The notes beneath the pieces are model-generated. The model was not told where the DNA came from. It searched no databases and saw only the letters and a list, made by a program, of their open reading frames with translations. Shown in pieces: positions 27,901 through 32,000 of a stretch of 32,000 bases of DNA (position 1 is its first letter; each line of letters begins with the position of its first letter). Origin of the DNA: Candidatus Saccharimonadota bacterium (GTDB lineage Bacteria; Bacteroidota; Bacteroidia; Cytophagales; Amoebophilaceae). The stretch covers positions 570,001 to 602,000 of the forward strand of contig NZ_OW441264.1 of assembly GCF_936981045.1 (NCBI RefSeq), read 5' to 3'. Made by a program: the position numbers and the translations under genes.

Positions 27901-28212
27901 GATGGCGGATCGTTTGTATTGAATGGTTTTATACTTATCGTCTTTTTGTGCGAAACTAGGAAAGAGCAGCACAGAATGGGCGGGCAATAGCTGGGTTAAA
28001 TCTCCATAAATGGCCAATGCTTCTTCTTTGTTTTCCACCACAACAAGCTGTACCTGGTTGCAATTTTGTTGCAGTGCTGCAATCAGTAACGCATCTAAGC
28101 TGCCTTGAATGCCTTGTAGGTGAATATTTTTCGGATCCTGTTTTAGGTAGTCTGTAAGCTTGGCTACAACTTCTTTTTTTTGATACAGTGCTATAAAATC
28201 GTTGATCTGCAA
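24949..28212 (-). CDS. mfd: Transcription-repair coupling factor Mfd
   Basis: 1087 aa. UvrB-homology N-terminus and CarD/RID region (IGDYVVHSDHGVGRF). Superfamily-2 helicase motifs GDVGFGKTE, DEEQKFG, TATPIPRT and QMRGRVGRS, followed by a TRCF C-terminal domain. The start is a TTG and is uncertain. Confidence 0.95.
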   Translation of the reverse strand: MQINDFIALYQKKEVVAKLTDYLKQDPKNIHLQGIQGSLDALLIAALQQNCNQVQLVVVENKEEALAIYGDLTQLLPAHSVLLFPSFAQKDDKYKTIQYKRSAIIHAISENQSAPLVVTHITALLEKILDPSLVATMHYRIDVGQTLSIQTLENMLGQKGFTKVDFVYSAGQFAIRGGIIDVYTMNQPSPYRIELWGDQVSTIRIFDPKDQKSFKKTNVAIILANHETAAEKQLVYTSFAACLPTGSCIWLKNKKKILEELKNTASTATRPLETMQSFMASIVPFHQILFGPEPSMVSDSDLVISYNAEKQPCFQQNFTFLADDLYKRNQQNYDIYITATATGQFARLTTILEAQVRKTTFTPLLVSLREGYIDHTAKIVCYSDHQIFNRYYRYQLPKRHSTTETLLADACQKLEIGDYVVHSDHGVGRFSGLHSLHINGEKQEAIRLIYKNNDMVYVNVHELYKISKYTSKDGTTPSMHTLGTSAWKRKKDSIKKQIKDIAKELITLYAERKKTKGFAFGEDTLLDAKLAASFCYEETPDQAMAIASIKADMQRPTPMDRLVCGDVGFGKTEIAIRAAFKAAAHGKQAAVLVPTTILALQHYNSFINRLANLPIHVSYINRFKTKQEIEQTLADTASGKVDILIGTHKLLSNGVKFKDLGLLIIDEEQKFGVSAKERLKKMRLNVDTLTLTATPIPRTLHFSLMGARDLSILTTPPTNRLPIQTKLHRFDDKLIKEAIEDEIAREGQVFFVHNKVSNINAIAQNLSDLLPTARICVAHGQMAGSMLEEKILQFIVGRYDILVATSIIESGMDMPNVNTIIVNDSHLLGLSDLHQMRGRVGRSNVQAFCYLLIPENITLTPEAKLRLAALEECSALGDGFKLAMRDLDIRGVGDLLGASQSGFISDIGFETYCKILEEAVDEVKHTDFKTLFEARTLCNACSIETDCEALLPSEYVQSTAQRMTLYTRLNALKNINQLTRFKEELIDRFGSLPTATETLLETVQLRWESERIGFQKISFKSQRLHCYLSADFQKRNLDMWNNIMRYMQQHPACCQLKRMGQNLILTITGKIHSVLAAKELLATIGAP

Positions 28213-28487
28213 GATTGGAATAAAGATTAATGAAAATAAAACTGTTGCCGTACATCCTTAAAAAAGGATATAAAATGACCTATAACAGCTATGGTTGAAT
28301 GATAAAATGGAATCAATTCAACTACGAAGATTACGTCCAACGCAAAGCTACAAATACTTTTTTAAAAAGATAGTGGTAAGCGAATCGCTTTGCTAGGATT
28401 TGAGACGCTTTTTACCTACGGCCATACGACTCTTATTTGCTACAGCGTATAGAAAAGTGGTGGTGATGGGTTAGATAAATAATATAT

Positions 28488-28752
28488 TGGACTGAAAAAA
28501 TCGGACAAAAATATTTTAATTTATTTTCCGTATCGTTTAGGTTTAGAGTCATACAATAAATTAATCAGATGGGTAGAAACAAGATTAGGCATTTTAGTTC
28601 GGAAGAAAAAACTAAGATAGTATTCGCTTTACTAAAAGAAGATTTAACGTTATTGGAAGCGTCAATTTTTAGAGAATGCCTCCATAGCCTTTGATCCATC
28701 CAAGGTTGTTAGCGTGTATAAAGAGGGAATTAGCACACTTAAGCATCAAAAC
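28488..28752 (+). mobile_element. IS3-family left-end fragment with decayed orfA
   Basis: Begins TGGACTGAAAAAATCGG (TG terminus). Encodes MGRNKIRHFSSEEKTKIVFALLKEDLTLLEAS.. (HTH-type OrfA start) from 28569. It is then frame-broken and cut by IS5. Confidence 0.6.
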
Positions 28753-29704
28753 GAGGCGGTTGCAATAGAGTTTTAAGCTTTGGTATAAAAAGTGACTTTT
28801 AGTGTTATACAATGGTTAAATTATGTTACTTCCTTAATCATTTATACTTAAGCTTTTTAATAGTATTGTTATGGTAATTCAAACAAGTGGTCAGTTAAGT
28901 TTGGCAGATATTTCAGCGAACAGGCGTAAATGCAAACATACCTTTTTTGATCAAATTAATAAGCTAGTTAATTGGTCATCAGTAGAAAAATTACTCCGCT
29001 CATATTACCCTAAAGGCTTACATTTATCAGGAAAGCCAGCGTATAGTCCGCTGATTTTGTTTAAAATGCTCTTGCTTCAGACCTGGTGTGCACTCAGTGA
29101 CTATCAAGTAGAAGAAGAAGTAAATGATCGTATTACTTTTAGCAGATTTTGTGATATTTCCATGGATAGTTCTGTTCCAGATCATAGTGTATTAAGCAGA
29201 TTTAGGACTTCCCTTACCGAACAAAAGGCCCTAGAAAAGTTATTGAAAATCATTAATGATCAGCTAGCTGCACATGGAGTACTGGTTCAACATGGTGCAG
29301 TTGTTGATGCCTCTATTACCCCCACGCCTAGACGGCCTAAAGGTAAAAAAAGCTATGATCTCCATGAAGATGGCACTATAACTGTAGCCGAAAGTTATCA
29401 AAAAGGTGTAGATCCAGAAGCGAGTTGGACAAAAAAAGGAAATAATCTCTACTATGGGTATAAGCGACACGTTCTTGTGGAAAGTAAAGAAGGCTTAGTC
29501 CTAGCAGTCAGTACCACAAAAGCATCTAGTCATGATAGTGCTCATTTACACGTCTTATTGGATAAAGTAGAGCTAAAAGCAGGTAGTAGGCTATATGCAG
29601 ATAAGGGCTACAGCGGCTCACCTAATGAAACCTTATTAAAGGATAAAGCCTTAAAATCAGCTATTCAGAAGAAAGCCACTAGAAATAATCCCTTATCACC
29701 TGCG
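28753..29704 (+). mobile_element. IS5-family element, second copy, 3'-truncated by IS256 type 2
   Basis: Left end GAGGCGGTTGCAATAGAG. Collinear with the reverse complement of 20196-21472 until ..NNPLSP. Confidence 0.85.
28871..29704 (+). pseudogene. IS5-family transposase, C-terminally truncated
   Basis: The 282-aa ORF aligns with residues 1-~277 of the 341-aa copy, then reads into foreign sequence. Confidence 0.85.
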
Positions 29705-29839
29705 GCTCTGTCCACTTAAGTGTGTAAATTATTTTTTTGGTTTTATTCAATTCTGTTTTCAAATTTAATTAAAAAATGTGCCATAGCCTCGCTCCAGTTA
29801 TGAATAGAGGTGGTCCATTTTCTAGTCATGTAGTTAATA
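29705..29839 (-). mobile_element. IS256 type-2 right-end fragment
   Basis: Reverse complement of about 31731-31865 (..HNWSEAMAHFLIKFENRIE-stop plus the terminal repeat). Confidence 0.8.
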
Positions 29840-30070
29840 ACGTGAGTTCGGGATTATATTATTTTTTCATTTGATAATCAATATCAATGAAAATTTATAA
29901 AATTTGCTTTATAGACAGTTAAATAGGTAGTTGAATAACAAATAATTCTGGTAATCAGTTTATTATATTTATAAAATTAGATATAAAAACTTGTTAAATA
30001 GGTGTAAATATTAACTAAATAATTGATATTAAATTGTTGTAAATCAGTCAAATAAATCCCGAACTGACGT
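29840..30070 (-). mobile_element. MITE (type 1), copy 5, inverted orientation, without matching flanks
   Basis: Termini are present, the interior is slightly shorter. The flanks differ: TAATA on the left, ATATT on the right. Confidence 0.8.
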
Positions 30071-30290
30071 ATATTAATAACCGATTTCGCAGATACTTAA
30101 CCCATAGAAGAAAAGGCCTTGGTTGTGGGTGGAAAAGCTATCCCAATAGCAAACTCTATACAATGGGGATGTTGTACATTGGTAGTGGAATGATTAAGTA
30201 TCCTGAGAAAGTTGTGCAAGGTTTATGAAGAAGACTGTCGGACCGCCGTATTCGGGAAAACTGAACGTACGGTGGGATGAGAAGGGAATG
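30071..30290 (+). mobile_element. Group II intron 3' fragment (RT C-terminus plus domain V)
   Basis: Collinear with about 10401-10616 of the full intron. Contains the domain V sequence. Cut ~15 nt after domain V by IS256 type 2. Confidence 0.85.
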
Positions 30291-30358
30291 GTCTTTTGTT
30301 TTAAGTGTGTAAATATTTTTTAGGATTTATCTTTACCTAAATCATAACACTTAAAACA

Positions 30359-31827
30359 ATGAAAAGAAAAGAGACAGTTAAAGATGGGATAAGCAAGGCC
30401 ATAGATGTACTGATAGAATCAGGTGTAGACCTTTCCAGACTTTTTGATCAAGACGGCTTACTCAAACAATTAAGTAAGCGTCTTGTAGAAAAAGCATTAC
30501 AGTCAGAAATGGATGACCATTTAGGTTATAACGTGAGTTCGGGATTAGATTATTTTTTCATTTGATAATCAATATCAATGAAAATTTATAAAATTTGTTT
30601 TATTAGACAATTAAATAGGTAGTTGAATAACAAATAATTCTGGTAATCAGTTTATTATGTATGTTATATTTATAAAATTAGATATAAAAACTTGTTAAAT
30701 AAGTGCAAATATTAACTAAATAATTGATATTAAATTGTTGTAAATCAGTCAAATAAATCCCGAACTCACGTTTATAATAAGTATGCACGTAGTGATTCAG
30801 AGAATGTACGTAATGGATTATTCAGTAAGCACGTTATTACTGATAATGGCGTTATATCGGTTGAAGTACCCAGAGATAGAGCATCGACTTTTGAACCTAT
30901 TTTATTGCCTAATCGTCAAACAAGAATTCCTAGTTTGGATGATAAGATCTTATCTTTATATGCTAAAGGTATGAGTCTGTCAGATATTCAGATTCAAATA
31001 CAGGAATTATATGGCGCAGAAGTAAGTGAAAGCCTGATAAGTAACATCACAGACTCTGTTATTAAAGATGTTAAGATATGGAAAAATCGTCCCTTAGAAT
31101 CAGTCTATCCTATTGTTTTTTTTGATTGCTTTGTAGTTAAAGTTAGACAAGATAAGCGCATCATCAACAAGGCAGTCTATGTCGCTTTAGGTATAGATAG
31201 ATCTGGCATAAAGGATGTTTTAGGGCTTTGGATGAGTGAAAATGAAGGGGCTAAATTTTGGTTAGGCAATTTAACAGAACTCAAAAATCGGGGTATGAAC
31301 GATATGCTCATTGCATGTACAGATAATTTGTCAGACATGTCTGAGGCCATTGCTGCTGTATACCCAAAAACGGAACATCAGCTCTGTATTGTTCATGCAA
31401 TTAGGGGTAGTTTGCAGTATGTTTCTTATAAACATAGAAAGGTATTAGTTGCTAATTTAAAACCAATTTATACAACAGTTACCGAGCAAGAAGCATTGAT
31501 GGCCTTAGAAGCTTTTGCTACTAAGTGGAATCAACAATACCCACAAATAGCCCAATCTTGGTATGCTAACTGGGATAATCTGATGGTATTTTTACAGTAC
31601 CCTAATGCCATACGTAAGGTCATTTACACAACAAATGTTTGGAATCTGTAAATAGCCAATTTCGTAGAGTTATCAAAAATAAAAGAGTGTTCCCTAACGA
31701 TCTAGCTGTTTTTAAAACATTATATCTAATTATTAACTACATGACTAGAAAATGGACCACCTCTATTCATAACTGGAGCGAGGCTATGGCACATTTTTTA
31801 ATTAAATTTGAAAACAGAATTGAATAA
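30359..31827 (+). pseudogene. IS256-family type-2 transposase, disrupted by a MITE and a frameshift
   Basis: The reading frame is interrupted at 30531-30771 by the MITE. A frameshift near 31636 (YTTN..ESVNSQFRRV) splits 30905-31651 from 31639-31827. Confidence 0.85.
30531..30771 (-). mobile_element. MITE (type 1), copy 6, inserted in a transposase codon
   Basis: Flanked by TTATA on both sides. The paralogous uninterrupted site GGTTATAATAAG is at 21673-21684. Confidence 0.9.
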
Positions 31828-31865
31828 AACCAAAAAAATAATTTACACACTTAAGTGGACAGAGC

Positions 31866-31950
31866 CCATCTGATCAATTTATTGTATGACTTTAAAACTA
31901 AACGATACGGAAAATAAATTAAAAGATTTTTGTCCGAATTTTTCAGTCCA
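31866..31950 (-). mobile_element. IS3-family left-end fragment (inverted relative to 28488)
   Basis: Reverse complement of about 28488-28572, ending at ..TCAGTCCA. Cut at the orfA start codon by IS256 type 2. Confidence 0.7.
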
Positions 31951-32000
31951 TTATACTTTGAAAATATGAAAAGCCTTAAAACCAATTTAGATTTAAACCC

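Larger units (their letters stand above)
30291..31865 (+). mobile_element. IS256-family element, type 2, copy B (both ends present, MITE inside)
   Basis: Ends G(G)TCTTTTGTTTTAAGTGTGTAAAT and (reverse complement) GCTCTGTCCACTTAAGTGTGTAAAT. Confidence 0.8.

Noticed and set aside
28378-28390. 13-bp palindrome AAGCGAATCGCTT about 170 nt upstream of mfd, considered as a regulatory site.
   Set aside because: It is too short and isolated, with no second copy in the window and no associated promoter motif. I cannot distinguish it from chance.
7589-30771. Repeated ~240-bp units could at first glance suggest a CRISPR-like or tandem array.
   Set aside because: The repeats are dispersed and far too long for CRISPR repeats. 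They occur in both orientations, have terminal inverted repeats and flanking duplications, and there is no regular spacer architecture or cas gene. They are MITEs.
30783-30974. 63-aa ORF downstream of the MITE inside IS256 type-2 copy B.
   Set aside because: It is out of frame relative to the transposase, whose frame continues uninterrupted through this region (..YNKYARSDSENVRNG..ASTFEPILLPNRQTRIPSLDDK..).
1-32000. Looked for signatures of a defence island, toxin-antitoxin pair, secretion or contractile-injection system, prophage, or eukaryote-like effector repeats (ankyrin, LRR, TPR, F-box).
   Set aside because: Every ORF over ~100 aa is accounted for by housekeeping or transport functions or by transposase/RT fragments. 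The two hypothetical proteins (18384-19292 and 19600-19953) look like conserved Bacteroidota families, and nothing in their sequence or neighbourhood suggests such systems.

Overview
This is an AT-rich bacterial window. The gene families (TsaB, Mfd, RadA, DUF502-like, DUF4296-like, beta-barrel OMP) and a TAnnTTTG-type promoter box suggest Bacteroidota. The extreme insertion-sequence load suggests an obligate intracellular symbiont of the Amoebophilus/Cardinium kind, but that is inference only and no search was run. By my coordinates roughly half of the window is mobile-DNA debris. It comes from at least eight IS families (IS6, IS982, two IS256 types, IS5, IS110, IS1634, IS3), a group II intron and two MITE-like families. 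These are nested in each other in three piles: 945-3818, 19986-24801 and 28488-31950. Between the piles lie small housekeeping islands. They are an ECF transporter module (ecfA/ecfT, with ecfT apparently cut by an IS6 end) and a DtxR-regulated metal ABC uptake operon with two tandem binding-protein paralogs but no permease. The others are a DUF502-like membrane protein, tRNA-Ser(UGA), a truncated NlpC/P60-type gene, radA, tRNA-Glu(UUC), an OMP, tsaB, two conserved hypotheticals and mfd. I found no support for a novel defence, secretion or toxin system. The points most worth follow-up are all about mobile-element biology. First, a ~240-bp MITE family carries IS982-type termini, with 7 copies here and one filled/empty site pair inside the window. 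Second, a group II intron sits inside an IS6 transposase gene and has an unusually long tail after domain V. Third, two intron fragments are broken at the same nucleotide, each next to an IS982-type terminus. Fourth, a 416-bp element with perfect 22-bp TIRs lies beside tRNA-Glu. Fifth, twin palindromic boxes lie upstream of the DtxR-family regulator. All coordinates of element ends are read by eye and may be off by a few nt.
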